Assembly (NCBI RefSeq): GCF_964204645.1
Contig: NC_134032.1
Coordinates: 62,001 to 126,000 of the forward strand
Direction: 5' to 3'
Length of the DNA stretch: 64,000 bases
From: Tubulanus polymorphus
Taxonomy: Eukaryota; Animalia; Nemertea
The notes below the pieces were generated by a model that saw nothing but the letters and a program-made list of their open reading frames with translations, was not told the origin of the DNA and ran no database searches. A program made the translations under genes and the position numbers. Below, piece after piece: positions 27,139 through 40,506 of this stretch (positions within the stretch are counted from its first letter, which is position 1; each line of letters starts with the position of its first letter).

Positions 27139-28920
27139 CTGTTTTGGAATCCGCTCGGTCCGGCAACGGCGCTCCCCGATAAACTACCGTTCAAACTGGA
27201 GCCAGCAATCGCTCTGTTACTGGCCGATTAGCGATCGCTCTCATCGCGGATTATCCCGACTCGGTCGATGTGGCTTCCGCTAGCGCTAAGACTGCCAGTC
27301 ATAGCCATAGACATCTCACCGATACTAGGTCCGATACTGGGGTTCGCTACCCGGTGACTGGTCGTTTCTATACTGTGAGAATCAGCTACAACAAATATAA
27401 ACATTCACTCATACTAGTACTGAACTAACTTAAATGACGTCATAGGGGGATTTATATAGCAGCCACACCAGACAACATGGCTTTATCAGTTAATCCCCCT
27501 ATGACATCATCAAATTATCTTTCTCTTTATGGCTAGTCTATACAAAATGTAGAAAAGTTGGCCACCTCCAATAAATCCCCCCTTTGACATCATCAAATTA
27601 TCCCTTCAGATTCCTAGAAAGACAGCTGATTCCGGACCCTGCGCTATATGAAAAGTATGGTTTAAGTACTTACGGGCGTAAGGCCCCGATGGGCCACTTC
27701 CTTCGTTCTCTTCGAACTCAAATCGAACTCCGCCCGGAGTCAGTCGTCGATACGCCGCAACCACCGCTGCGACACAGCGATATCGGTACCACGCCGTAAA
27801 CATACGCCAATAATATCGGTACACCGATACCAACGGCTAAACTAGCGACAACTGGCGCTACGATAACAGACGCAGTTACACCACCGGCTATTACCATATT
27901 CCTCTTGTGCTGTGGTAGGTGACCGTAACGTGTATGTAACTGAAACACAAGATAAACACATGAGAAATAGCATTTTTCATGGTAAAATTTGCGATAAAAA
28001 TCTCGCGTGTGGTGGATTTAGGTTCCAATTTCTGTTTCTGACTAGCGCCATCAAGCGAGTAATTTCAGAACTTGAATTTGTCGATATCCTGTATTTCACC
28101 CGATAAGCCTTATCATATGTCCTTGTCATTACGGTTAAATCACAGTAACCACTTGATCTGGTTTATGCGCAGTGTTTAGAACTAGGATTTTGACAAATCA
28201 AATCAATAAGGATTTATTACTTCTAAGTGTTGGTTATTCAACGTCACCCTGTGAATTCAATTCGAATACAGTCTATATTCAATCCCAGTTTTTGGCTATA
28301 TTCAATTATTGAAAAACTGGGATTGACTGGAATTGACTTTGTATTGAGTTTAACAGTTGTGTGGGTTTAATTTCAACATGAAGGACTTTTCAAAGGTCAT
28401 AATGATATCTGTAATGAGGCATTCAATTGAATGAACACTTTGAATCCCAGTTCATCTGTTTGGTTTAAATTCCTTTAGTTCAACAATTTCCTCAAATTGA
28501 CAAACTGTAGTCGGAAAGCTGACCTACCACACATATTAAGCTATCATTTTATGTCTCACGTGGTCACCCTGTGTGGTAGGCCTCACGTATAAAAGACTTT
28601 CAGTTATGTGTCCATGCGTATATGTTCTCGGAATTCAGACCAAAAATGACCTTTTGGGCACGAGGCCCTTGTGACTCGTGTGGAAATATAATAATGATCA
28701 CTAAATTGAGATTCTCACAGACAGACGGCAGATGGATTCCTAATATTAGTCGATAATTTACCTTGCGTCCGACCCAGACGGGAATCCCTATGATCATCGC
28801 GGGAACTGCGATTCCAGCAACGAGTCCGATACCGACCGGAGCGCCAACTAACGTGCCGAGTTGCCACAATATCTTCTTTCGGTTCCATGGCTTTTACCCC
28901 AGAAAGTGCAGCCAGACGGA
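27139..28920 (-). pseudogene. RNF19: RNF19A/B fragment copy 5: exons 28920-28762, 27939-27674, 27385-27139
   Basis: Retains [10 protein letters not shown], but the first exon is 4 nt shorter (frameshift); carries the shared frameshift and TAA. Confidence 0.9.
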
Positions 28921-31900
28921 CTAAAAATCAACATAATCGACTAAATTATTACTCAATTTCTAAGGACTTATAAACCTTTATCATCGATTAAACATCATTA
29001 GAACAATTCACAATCAAATCAAATTAAATCATATCAAATATTCGATATAAATAAGAGTAACTAAACGAACCTGATCTAAACATCACCTTCTTTTGAGTAG
29101 AATAAACAAAACTCTAGCGTTACGCCTACATCTGAAATAATACAAAACACTGAAAATCATTATTTCTTCATCAGATAAAAAATGAAAACAGATTCAACAA
29201 GATTCAAAATGCTTTTAGTGCCAAGAATTTTCAGTGGTACAATCTTTTTTTCATACAAGACTTAACGGTAAATTGGTTCAGACTTAGAGCAGGGAACACT
29301 ATATGAATTTATTCCCACACCGTCTGAAATTACAGATTTCAAATCGAAATTTGCAGCGTGTTCGTTGCTCAGCAGCAGGTGAATCGCAACATTCAAACAT
29401 GTTTGATATTTCCACAGTAAATTGAGCCGCAATCTTTGACAAGCTTTCAAATAATGATGGCATCAATGATTTGAGAACGGCGCTGAAAACCTGCTTGGAT
29501 TTTGGTTAACTCGGTTTTAAAACACCACTGAAACTGGTTTGTAGAGGTCTGTGATTAGGGCCTAAGATTTATCTACCTGAATTGAGGGATCACTTGTTCA
29601 CTTCATCGCCAAACAGTTATTCCTTGAACTTCCTGATGACTGCAGTTATTTAGTTGAGCATCACCCTGAAATAAACATAGAAACCTGTCAGAGAAAGCAC
29701 TTTTTACTGAATGATGATGGTTTTACAGCACGCATCAGTGAATAGAGATCGCTGTAGTCAGTAACCTGTCTGTGGTTTAGTTTCACGATCGGATATTTTC
29801 ACGTTGGTATAAGCCCATCCGATTATAAAAGCTTACCACCAACGATTAGGTAACTAACTAAGATTGCTGCTGCTCGTGGGGTTAAACCGGAGTGTTTTAT
29901 GTCGCTCTCCATCTCAAATCACCTTCATACATCACAAGTATTCGATTCATAAGTAAATTTACTTACTGTATTTCAATGTTGAAATGGTTTGGAGACATTC
30001 TGACGCATCTTGGTTGAAAGAGAAGCTTCTAAATATTTCAAGTGAAAATTGCGATTGATTCGTCCGCCATCATTCTTAAATGGGACATACTTCACTTGGG
30101 AGGGCTAGTTCTGTAGTCCGCGCAGATCGAGGTCGACTAGGACTCAGTGGCAAGAGCGCTCCGGGCACCAACTAAAGAGTTCACGGTAGTGCCCGCGGTA
30201 AACTTTACATGCCGCTCCGAATATATGGTTGCGGGAAATACCACGAAATTCGGAATTTGAATTCCTGATGAATGCAGTTTTTTGGTAGAGCATCACCCTG
30301 AAATAAACATAAAAATCCTAAATCCAGGGTCAAATACTCCATCAGTATCGATAGTAATTAGATCTCGATCCACACTTGATATGTATCACATTTAATTGTT
30401 TCTTGAATGACGAAGTCACAAATCCACTATCCACGTACGCCACCCTCACGCTACTGCTCTACTGAACTTAACGTTAGTTTGAATATGGTCCAGAACTTCA
30501 AGGTTAACTTCAAGCTCGTGGGGTTAAACCCGATTGTTTTATGTCGCTCTCCATCTCGAATCACCTTCATACATCACGAGTGTTCGATTCATAAGTAAAT
30601 TTACTTACTGTATTTCAATTTTGAAATGGTTTGAAGACATTCTGTCGCTTCTGCGTTGAAAGAGAAGTTTCTGAATATTTCAAGTGAAAATCCTCGATTG
30701 ATTCGTCCGCCATGTTGAATGGTACATACTCCACACTGAGGAGGGCTAGTTCTGTAGGACCCGCAGATCGAGGTCTGCCAATGAACGCTTACAATATAAA
30801 CTTAAAGGGCAGAGCGAGTTCATAGAAATCCGACCAAAAATCTGGAGTAACTTCTCCAGTAAACAATAAAATGCTGAAAAATACTAGAAATCAAAAGCTT
30901 TTTTGCCATTTTGTTGTTGCGCCTAATTCTGATCGCTAGAATACAATACGTCGAGTTCCACAAATCATGGTCGATGTTTACGTACAAACTGACGATCAAA
31001 ACCCGGCAAACTCGATACAATACAAAAACCTTCCACACTCTGGAGCTCGTTCAGTCTATTCTGGACGCCGTCCTAAACCGTCTCCGGGTGTAAAACTGCA
31101 GAGCTTCATCACCCGTAACAGAACCTGTCTTCTTTACATAAATATCATCATAATGATATAAACTATCAATAACGTGTTTTATTCCTGTCTGATATAGCTA
31201 TTTAAATCTGAAACTACATTTCAAATGTCAAATGTCCTTTAAAAGATCAAAATCAAGATGGCGGCTTTTTCAAGTAAAACCTCGAAATTAAAAAACAATT
31301 TCTACAGTAATAAACATCTGTATTGTCTATATGTGTGACGCGCGTTGTTGTACAAGGACAGCTGGTGACTGATAATAGTAACCGTTTTGTTGACAGACGA
31401 CTGTATTATCTGTAATTGACTTGAATTAATGACACTGATCAAATTTGAATTCCTCCATCTTCACTAGTTGTATACGGTATCGACTGTTTCACTGTTTGAT
31501 TCACCGTAGATGATGTTCGGGAATCCACGCTTTGAAAATACGAACATTTCCCCCTATCACGTAGTTATGTGATTCAATGTCAGTTAGAGCAAATTAAGAT
31601 TACGAAATTGACACTTATAGGGCCCAGGTTTTGGACTACATGTTTACCAGATTTAGTTAACCTTTTGAATATCAGACTGACTGTACATATAATCAGCCCA
31701 CGATAAACCAGGTACCACTATAATAAATACGTGTATTTTGAACATAAGATGTAGAACACCAGAAGATCTCAATCTCTCTAGTCAATCTGAAAATTATTTC
31801 ATTTCATCTTCCATTTCTCCTTTTCTATTAGTATTTTTTAAAGCATCGATTATCAAATATTCTAAAAAGTAAGTTCCGCCATTTATATTGAAAATTATAA

Positions 31901-32264
31901 ACCCAACAATCATTTTCTTTAATAATGTTTAATTGAACAACTTAATTGTAACGTACAAAATCAACTCGAGGATTTTTTGTAATAAATAAAACCTTAAGTG
32001 AATATTTCAATCGCTTTATGTTTACGTCATACGGTCTGCTTCTGTTTTCTGTTTTATCTGGTCTGTAATCTGTCGAAAAGCTATCATTTTCCTGATAACA
32101 ACAATTTCTAATCAAGGCCCCATTGCCGCCAATAATTAATTACCCCTTTTCCACCAAAATGGCATTTAGGAGACGACAGGAATCATGAAATAGCCCCAAA
32201 CAAAGGCAAAATAGTCGACAAAATAAGCCCAAATAATAGGCAACAACACTAGACCTGGCTCGCC

Positions 32265-32365
32265 AACCCTAACCTAGATCGGCCGTAACCCTAACCCTAG
32301 CGGGACTCGAACCTGCGACCAACAGCATGCCAGACGAGCATGTTAACCACTAGACCATACACCGG
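32265..32365 (-). mobile_element. tRNA-derived SINE-like head followed by TTAGGG-like repeats
   Basis: Minus strand TGGTCTAGTGG (A box) ... GGTTCGAGTCC (B box), then TAGGGTTAGGGTTA. Confidence 0.6.
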
Positions 32366-32413
32366 TAACGTAACGATAAACGCGGACTGTAAGTTTGTCT
32401 GGTCATTGTGTTA

Positions 32414-32512
32414 ACCAGTGACCAGTCAGGTGTGGTGACCAGTGACCAGTCAGGTGTGGTGACCAGTGACCAGTCAGGTTCGGTGACTGGTGACCAGTCA
32501 GGTGTGGTGACT
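32414..32512. repeat. 24-bp minisatellite (GACCAGTCAGGTGTGGTGACCAGT), about 4 units
   Basis: Direct reading; the paralog at 50930-51188 is longer. Confidence 0.85.
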
Positions 32513-33358
32513 CTTCACTGACTACCCGCTATTATTCTCTGATTACAACAGTTTCTAATCAGACCTGATCTAAATTGCCGCCGCCAGTAATGAATTAAAG
32601 CCTTTCTCTTCTATCAACGCTATCAAAATTTACCAGCTGAATTTGTTCTATTTTGACAATATTGATGTATTTAACTGATACAGAGACAGAATTAGGCTAA
32701 GGGTCACAATCGACTCGTAAGCCCACATCAGGTAGAGTAAGAAATATCAGAATCTTCGGTGTTAAAATCTCGCAGTATATCACGTGGTTTATTTCAGGAA
32801 TTCTAATATCGGGCGCAGTTTATATGATTTCAGCGATCAATATTTATTCCTACCTTACAGATTCTGCGACTCATGTGTGTGTATGTATGAATTCAGTGAG
32901 GATCCTTAAAGTCAATTTAAACCCTTCAGTTTCAGAAACGTTTTATATTAATCCTGAATGCGATTCCAATTCGAATGATTTCTGAAAAAAACAATTAGAA
33001 ATTGAAAAGATCAGACGCCAATATTATAGATAAAATACCTTTTTGAATTCATGTTAAATGAGCCCACCGAAGATTCATACAATTCAGATATATTAAAGAT
33101 TGATTTTTTTAAATATCAATTACACTATTTCTTTTAATAAAATACACTATATCTCTTAATTACTTTTCGTCAATGCTTTTCCTATTTTTTTGTTTTGGTT
33201 TTGTTTAGCACGAATACGGTTAATAAATCCTTTTTCCGCCGGAAGAGAAGTCATATAGGCTAAACGAATTGGTTTATTTCACTCGTCAAAAATTTGACCA
33301 TATGAGACACTTAAATACAACAATAAATGAGTTGAGAGCTATAAATGTTTATTTAAAA

Positions 33359-33505
33359 TATTAGAAATATTTCGGGTGGTTGCTACCACCCTTTCCCGGT
33401 CTAAACATTTTTTTCCAATGTTGGTTTTCCATAGACAAGTGGCTGTTTTTATCTACTATTTTTTTCCATTTTTAGACTTAGGAACCACCCGAAATATTTC
33501 TAATA
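33359..33505. mobile_element. Foldback/MITE-like inverted repeat
   Basis: TATTAGAAATATTTCGGGTGGTT ... AACCACCCGAAATATTTCTAATA (23-bp perfect inverted repeat). Confidence 0.6.
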
Positions 33506-36500
33506 ATTTTTAAAATCTTTTTAGCTATCAATTATTTTGGCCATAGCTGTGTTTGATCTAGGTTATTTTCTAAATCTCTCATACGTTTCTTATGACTTGT
33601 AGCTTATATATAGCATTGAAAATACAATTGTGACTTTTTGGGCTGGGCACCAATTTATATGTTATATGTTAATCTAATTATATGTGTATGCCACATTAAT
33701 AAATAAATAAATAATAGAACAATATTAAGAAAAAAAGATTCATTTATGTGGGTTTGATTTTACACTTATCGTTTTATCACGGATATTGTGAGCTACAACT
33801 GATTCATATCATTTCACAAATCTTAAGATCTCTGTTATATATGCCATAGCTCAATAAGGGGGTCGGTTTTTTTATTTTAAATTTTTTAGTCTGTGAGATG
33901 CAATTTAATCACATTTGGCATAAAAATCTATCCATCAACTATATATGGTATTTTGACTCGTTAAAGGAAATATCAGTCATCATCAAATATCATACCATGG
34001 TGGCTGATAATAAGGGCAATTAAAATATTTCTTCACAAAAAACTATTTCGTTTTGAAAAAAATAGATTTCCATCAAAATATATTCACAAGTGAAAATAAT
34101 TCCGCTATAAAAAATAAACCGCATTGAAAATATATTAGCACCTTAAAAAATCGTTATAAGAAATACTCGCCTTCATACAAAAGCGAAGAGAGGAGATTAT
34201 TTTTTAAGTCGTCAAACCTTGTGAGAGTAAAGTCTTAGTCGGGACAATCATCATGTGAAATCATAATGATGACTAAACCATTGAATTCTAATAAGCGATC
34301 AGTGTTGGAATAAGATTGGCAATGTTCATTTCATATGGAAATTGATATTGTGTAAGTAATAAAAAAACAAACTCAGTGCAAATATGAAAGTATAGATTAT
34401 ATATAGGCGTACATGTTAGGAAAGTGAATGAGGCTTATCTCCCTTTACAGGCCGCGTCAACGCTTTATAAGATTGTATGAATTCTTTTTTAACGACACAC
34501 ATTTGGAACGAGTTTTATCAAGTGAACATGAGAATTCATTGTGTATATTAACATTATCATGATACGTCAAATTTAAGAAGGTTTTACAATCGAATTGAAT
34601 GAATGCGCAGTTGCTAAATAATATATTATTAATGGAGAACATTATGAAAAGTTATTAAGTAAAAGCACTGTTACTTAAATAAATACGTCAAACTTAAGAG
34701 GATTTTACATACAAATTAATCAAATCAAAGTAGAGCCATTCTTTGTTAGATGTTAAAAATGTAATCAAAATGTATTACCAAGTTTGTTCTCTGGTGTTAT
34801 TTTGATGTGAAATTGACTAAATTAAAAAGTTAGTAATGATAGACCGGGACATGTTTTCCTACCTTACAAAAATGGGACATTTTTTTCCGGGACACCGATA
34901 AACAATGCTATAACGTACAGAAATAGGTCAATCATGTGACTGATATTGTTTGACCAATAGTAACAGCTTTTCTTCAAGAAATAAAGATATAAAAATGGTT
35001 ATAAATTGATGAAAGGAATTCATGGAAAATATCACGTACTGTGAAAACAACCGGTTCAAACTGGTGACTGGTGACCGTAATTAAATTCAATCGTCAAAAA
35101 GATATAAACGTAAAACGTCTTAAGGTCAGTGTAGAAAGTTATCAAAATCAGTTGTTTATGAGCTGAGATATCGCAGTTTAAACACAGATAAAAAAGCCGC
35201 TTGAACTGTGGTCGGTGTCAAAGTCACGCGAATTTGAGGTGTTTGGGCAGTTGGGTACACTAGGATGATCTCTGTGGAGACAACCACTGCCAGGGCTGGT
35301 TGAAGGCAGAAAGGTGACAATTTCTGATGGTGTTTATTTCAGCCCGTCTGTTGCAATGGCTTTGCACTAAAATAAAATGCTACCGGCGGAATTTCGCGGA
35401 ATTTCGCGGAATTTCGCAAAGCTGCTATTAAAACAGTTGAAAGAAGTTTAATTCATCTTTAGCTAGGCTTTAAATCTTCCGACAATAGTTTGGCCCTAAA
35501 TCGATAACATCGATTAATGAGACGCATTTTATACAATTCTTAAAATTAGCAAAAATATCAGTCTTTTCACTGCGAGTGGTTTTTATCATGTGACATGTAC
35601 ATGTCATATATGTTGACGCACCTGTCATCAATGAACACGTATCTAACCGAACCATCAGAATCAAACGTTGGTTAGGTTAAAATGGCCCAGGTTCCACATA
35701 AAAACTTATTGGTTTAAGTGAGACATGTTAGACTTAATACAACAAGAAAATCTAGGGCCTAAATTACGTGCAAACTATAACCGAGACATCAATAGTTGCT
35801 GCATCTGTACCGGGCAACAGAGGTCTCAACATTCGAATTCTCTTGGTCGTATGCGCATCATTTCAATATCATATATTTAACCGTCCTCGCAATCAAACCC
35901 TGGCAAGCGAGGATGATATTTAACACAATAAAAAGCAGTTATAATAGACCAGTATATACCAGCTGATTTAAAGACTCTTAAATCTGTTCAGCATGTTTAT
36001 GGATTGAAATCAAAATTCTAAAAATGTTAACTTAACCAAAAATGTGTATGTCTGAACCTACATCAGGCGCTAGGTCCTGTTTGAGTCCTGATTATGTATA
36101 GTACAGATGGTCATTAGCTGAATTTATTGTTTAACATATATATTCCTTAGAATGAGCGACAAAATTATATATGAAACCATTAAAAAGTACAATCAGGTCA
36201 ATTCAATTGTTTACTGAAATCTGTCGTTCAGCTCAATGAGTCAAATACTCTTATCAGAATGCATAGAACTTTATCATTTTTATGTCACAAGCAACGTCTC
36301 GATTTTAAAGAGGTGATATAAGCTTTGCATTGATCACAGATTGAACTTTAAAATTTAAAAAAACCTTTATACAAAGTTTATATCTAATCTGGACCGAATT
36401 CCACGGTTCTTAAAATTTATATGTGACTGTTTAGTGAAACAGTAATATCTCCATAGAATCTCAATCCTGACCAAGAACATGAGAACTTTTCAATAATATC

Positions 36501-37266
36501 AGTTTATTTATTTACAAGACCAACCGCGCAAACATCAAACACAGGTTCAAATCTCAACCAATGAAAATACTGCCTCAAATCACAAGGAGTTCGAATAAAC
36601 AGAAAACCCGTGATTTTATTCACTTTTAATTATTAGTATTTTATACAGCGCTATCTGAATCTAGCTACATTGATAACTTACGATATTATTTTAGGTTTAT
36701 TTGATCGGACATCTTCAAAGCTTTGTTTATCAAAGTCGATCTGGAGTCTGAGTGAAATGTGGTCACTTAAAATATACTCAAATAACACATGATGCCTTTG
36801 TCACAAGACTCTCAAACTATATACCCTGGGCCGTGACTTGAAATTGAACTCTTACTCGGAACAATTTCTTTGAGATTGTTGTTTTCAGGACCTAAAAATT
36901 GATTTCATTGGACGCTGAAATCTAGTTGATTACACAAATATTTCTTAATGTTACGACCAATCGTGTGGCCCGAAACGACAGCGGTTTTCTACGGGGTCTA
37001 AAAATAATCAGTGTCTTATTCTAATCGAACGACGTAATGTCAGGTAATGTACGGGGTTCACAGGACACGTGAAGATTATTACCTCATATCTAAAAATACG
37101 ATATATCACGTGACGGGAGTGCGGTGAAATATTGGTCGGTGAAATCTCAATTTGATCGCAGTTCAGTGTTTTACCCAATGCGCAGTAGTTTCTACGGACA
37201 TTTTTCATACAGTTTTGTCACAAACCAAGAGGTACGTTGTTTTAAATATTGTAGTCATTTTCGGGA

Positions 37267-37355
37267 ATTGTGTTTGAACAGAACGTGATTCTGATTAGGG
37301 GAAGGGAGTAGTTTTTATAAAAATACACACAGAATGAGACATCAGGGAGAATCAG
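37267..37355 (+). promoter_or_regulatory. Putative NLR promoter/first exon; ATG 37334 gives MRHQGES plus a phase-1 donor
   Basis: The block AATTGTGTTTGAACAGAACG.GATTCTGATTAGGGG...CACAGAATGAGAC...ATCAG|GT is conserved at 60480-60575 in the second locus copy. There is a TATA-like TTTATAAAA. The donor is phase 1 here, but ATG-to-donor is phase 2 in the paralog. Confidence 0.45.
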
Positions 37356-37378
37356 GTAAAAACAAAGACCTGCGTCTT

Positions 37379-39033
37379 GTTTGATATCCGCTATTTACCA
37401 CTAGAAATCGCGTGGTAGACACAACTAGAACACAACTAACGACAGTTTGATATCCGCTATTTACCACTAGAAATCGCGTGGTAGACACAACTAGAACACA
37501 ACTAACGACAGTTTGATATCCGCTATTTACCACTAGAAATCGCGTGTCAGACACAACTAGAACACAACTAACGACAGTTTGATATCCGCTATTTACCACT
37601 AGAAATCGCGTGGTAGACACAACTAGAACACAACTAACGACAGTTTGATATCCGCTATTTACCACTAGAAATCGCGTGTCAGACACAACTAGAACACAAT
37701 TAACGACAGTTTGATATCCGCTATTTACCACTAGAAATCGCGTGTCAGACACAACTAGAACACAACTAACGACAGTTTGATATCCGCTATTTACCACTAG
37801 AAATCGCGTGGTAGACACAACTAGAACACAACTAACGACAGTTTGATATCCGCTATTTACCACTAGAAATCGCGTGTCAGACACAACTAGAACACAACTA
37901 ACGACAGTTTGATATCCGCTATTTACCACTAGAAATCGCGTGTCAGACACAACTAGAACACAACTAACGACAGTTTGATATCCGCTATTTACCACTAGAA
38001 ATCGCGTGGTAGACACAACTAGAACACAACTAACGACAGTTTGATATCCGCTATTTACCACTAGAAATCGCGTGTCAGACACAACTAGAACACAACTAAC
38101 GACAGTTTGATATCCGCTATTTACCACTAGAAATCGCGTGGTAGACACAACTAGAACACAACTAACGACAGTTTGATATCCGCTATTTACCACTAGAAAT
38201 CGCGTGGTAGACACAACTAGAACACAACTAACGACAGTTTGATATCCGCTATTTACCACTAGAAATCGCGTGTCAGACACAACTAGAACACAACTAACGA
38301 CAGTTTGATATCCGCTATTTACCACTAGAAATCGCGTGGTAGACACAACTAGAACACAACTAACGACAGTTTGATATCCGCTATTTACCACTAGAAATCG
38401 CGTGTCAGACACAACTAGAACACAACTAACGACAGTTTGATATCCGCTATTTACCACTAGAAATCGCGTGTCAGACACAACTAGAACACAACTAACGACA
38501 GTTTGATATCCGCTATTTACCACTAGAAATCGCGTGGTAGACACAACTAGAACACAACTAACGACAGTTTGATATCCGCTATTTACCACTAGAAATCGCG
38601 TGGTAGACACAACTAGAACACAACTAACGACAGTTTGATATCCGCTATTTACCACTAGAAATCGCGTGTCAGACACAACTAGAACACAACTAACGACAGT
38701 TTGATATCCGCTATTTACCACTAGAAATCGCGTGTCAGACACAACTAGAACACAACTAACGACAGTTTGATATCCGCTATTTACCACTAGAAATCGCGTG
38801 GTAGACACAACTAGAACACAACTAACGACAGTTTGATATCCGCTATTTACCACTAGAAATCGCGTGGTAGACACAACTAGAACACAACTAACGACAGTTT
38901 GATATCCGCTATTTACCACTAGAAATCGCGTGGTAGACACAACTAGAACACAACTAACGACAGTTTGATATCCGCTATTTACCACTAGAAATCGCGTGTC
39001 AGACACAACTAGAACACAACTAACGACAGTTTG
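37379..39033. repeat. 66-bp minisatellite (VNTR), 25 units, two interspersed variants
   Basis: Unit GTTTGATATCCGCTATTTACCACTAGAAATCGCGTG[GT/TC]AGACACAACTAGAACACAACTAACGACA; 37379 + 25x66 = 39029. Confidence 0.97.
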
Positions 39034-39223
39034 GGCTGAAACTGATACAAAATTCACAATTACAGATTTCAGACTTTTATCGTTTTTGATGGAACTTTAT
39101 ATTGCTATACAAATTCATGTAACAAAAAACTCTAACTCTAAATCGATAACATCTAATTAGGTCAGAAAAAATGTGCTGCACTTGTTGAGATGAAATGACA
39201 GAATTCTAAATTTTGTTTTTCAG

Positions 39224-39319
39224 TAAACGTTACAATGGCGGAGAGTAATCCAGGAATAAATGCAGAAAATGTTCGCGATGACGAGGAGCAAACCGTCGAT
39301 AGACCTGCTGAGAATCTCG
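39224..39319 (+). CDS. NLR N-terminal cassette exon A (96 nt, phase 1-1): NVTMAESNPGINAENVRDDEEQTVDRPAENL; RHIM core absent
   Basis: Acceptor TTTTGTTTTTCAG, donor CTCG|GTAATT, open frame, Kozak-like ACAATGG; homologous to exons B-D. Confidence 0.7.
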
Positions 39320-40362
39320 GTAATTATAGATTTTAACCATCGGAGTTCAGTTCAGTACAGAATGATGTGACTTGAGTCTAAATGTGATCTCGTATATAAA
39401 TCCGGTGTAAAGTTTTGAGGCGAAAGTAATATATTGTCTTTAAAGATTCTGAGTACCAAAATGGACCCACCAACCCGATTGGTTTAAATCTTTGACTAAT
39501 ACTGTCAGGGTCTGGTTCTATAATCGGTATTTTGAATTATGGTCTCTTATCAGATCTGGTGACACAGTTTGTTTATCAGTCTCGAGTAGGAATAAAAATA
39601 GATTAACAGTATAAATACTGTTAACAGTAAAATAAGACCGCCGGGTGAAAGTTACCGTGATCAGATACTATCACGTTTCAATCCTAACCCTATAATTCAA
39701 AATGGGCCTGGGCCCAATTTGGCCCGACCAAAAACGTCGGACCAGGTGCGGGTCAACTGGTTCCGGTAGTGACTCACTTCGCTTTGTTTAGTATCAAGTT
39801 AGAGGTTTGCGTGTGAATGCAATCTCTAAGGCCAATTTGACTCGAACCTGATCCGTACCAATTTTGCCGCCCGGGTCAAATCGTCTCCCCGTGATCGCGG
39901 CTATAGTCGTTAGTATCGAGTTGCACAATATCAGATATAATTGATATTAGGTGGAGGATTGCTACATGTAGGAGTGAACTCATCATGGGTTAGTTGAGTT
40001 CAGACATAGGATTCAATGACTCTCCAATGTAGCAATCCTGTAATGAAATGAAATGTAAGTTAATCAAATTTCTGAACTCATTAATACCGATTTTAATTGT
40101 TTTAAGCCCGATGAAAAATATATGATGTCATTATTTTGAAGGCTTAATGTTTTATTAACATTGTCAGTAGTTCTCATAAATTTTCCTCGGCCATTTTTTT
40201 CCTACATTCCATTATCCTTTATCAGTAGCGGAAACAAAGAAAACTTCAGTCTGAATATGAGTAGAGGCTGATTGTGTAAATACTGGACACAACAATTAGG
40301 TCAGGAAAAATGTGCTGCACTTGTTGAGATAAAATGACTGAATTCTAAATCCTGTTTTTCAG

Positions 40363-40506
40363 TTCGTGGTACTATGGCACAGAGTAATCCAGGAATAAAT
40401 GCAGACAATTCTAAAATGCGTAAAAGCGGTGACAATAATACGATGACAGTGACTCAAATTATCCCTGCAGTTACTCAAGCCAGCAACAGACCTGCTGAGA
40501 ATCTCG
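40363..40506 (+). CDS. NLR cassette exon B (144 nt, phase 1-1): RGTMAQSNPGINADNSKMRKSGDNNTMTVTQIIPAVTQASNRPAENL; RHIM-like with a charged core
   Basis: Acceptor CCTGTTTTTCAG, donor CTCG|GTAATT, open frame. Confidence 0.7.

Larger units (their letters stand above)
1..30800 (-). repeat. Complex segmental-duplication array: shuffled near-identical modules (RNF19 fragments plus a non-coding promoter/exon module), all in the same orientation
   Basis: The core containing TCTAGCGTTACGCCTACATCTGAA occurs 12 times (~985, 3490, 6475, 9010, 11060, 13230, 16385, 19360, 21715, 23925, 26420, 29115). The RNF19 exon blocks occur 5 times. The same short ORFs recur in the ORF track. Confidence 0.95.
31800..32670 (+). 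repeat. Segment duplicated at ~50345-51345 (left part of the large tandem unit)
   Basis: Shared blocks TATCAAATATTCTAAAAAGTAAG, TGTTTACGTCATACGGTCT and CTCTTCACTGACTACCCGCTATTATTCTCTGATTACAACAG; offset ~18.6 kb. Confidence 0.85.

Noticed and set aside
1075-29450. Recurrent short ORFs (MKACQRLRL.., MKFFAKNS.., MVGDRNV.., MTSSNYP.., MMQSLLE..)
   Set aside because: They recur only because the DNA is duplicated. Many have non-ATG starts, indels break them between copies, and some are antisense to RNF19 exons.
37379-39033. CRISPR-like appearance of the tandem arrays (also 49711-50028 and 50930-51188)
   Set aside because: There are no unique spacers or cas genes, and the context is eukaryotic.
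37342-39057. 571-aa Val-rich repeat ORF on the minus strand
   Set aside because: It arises automatically from a stop-free 66-bp unit, has a non-ATG start, shows no synonymous variation and is absent in the paralog. Treated as a minisatellite.
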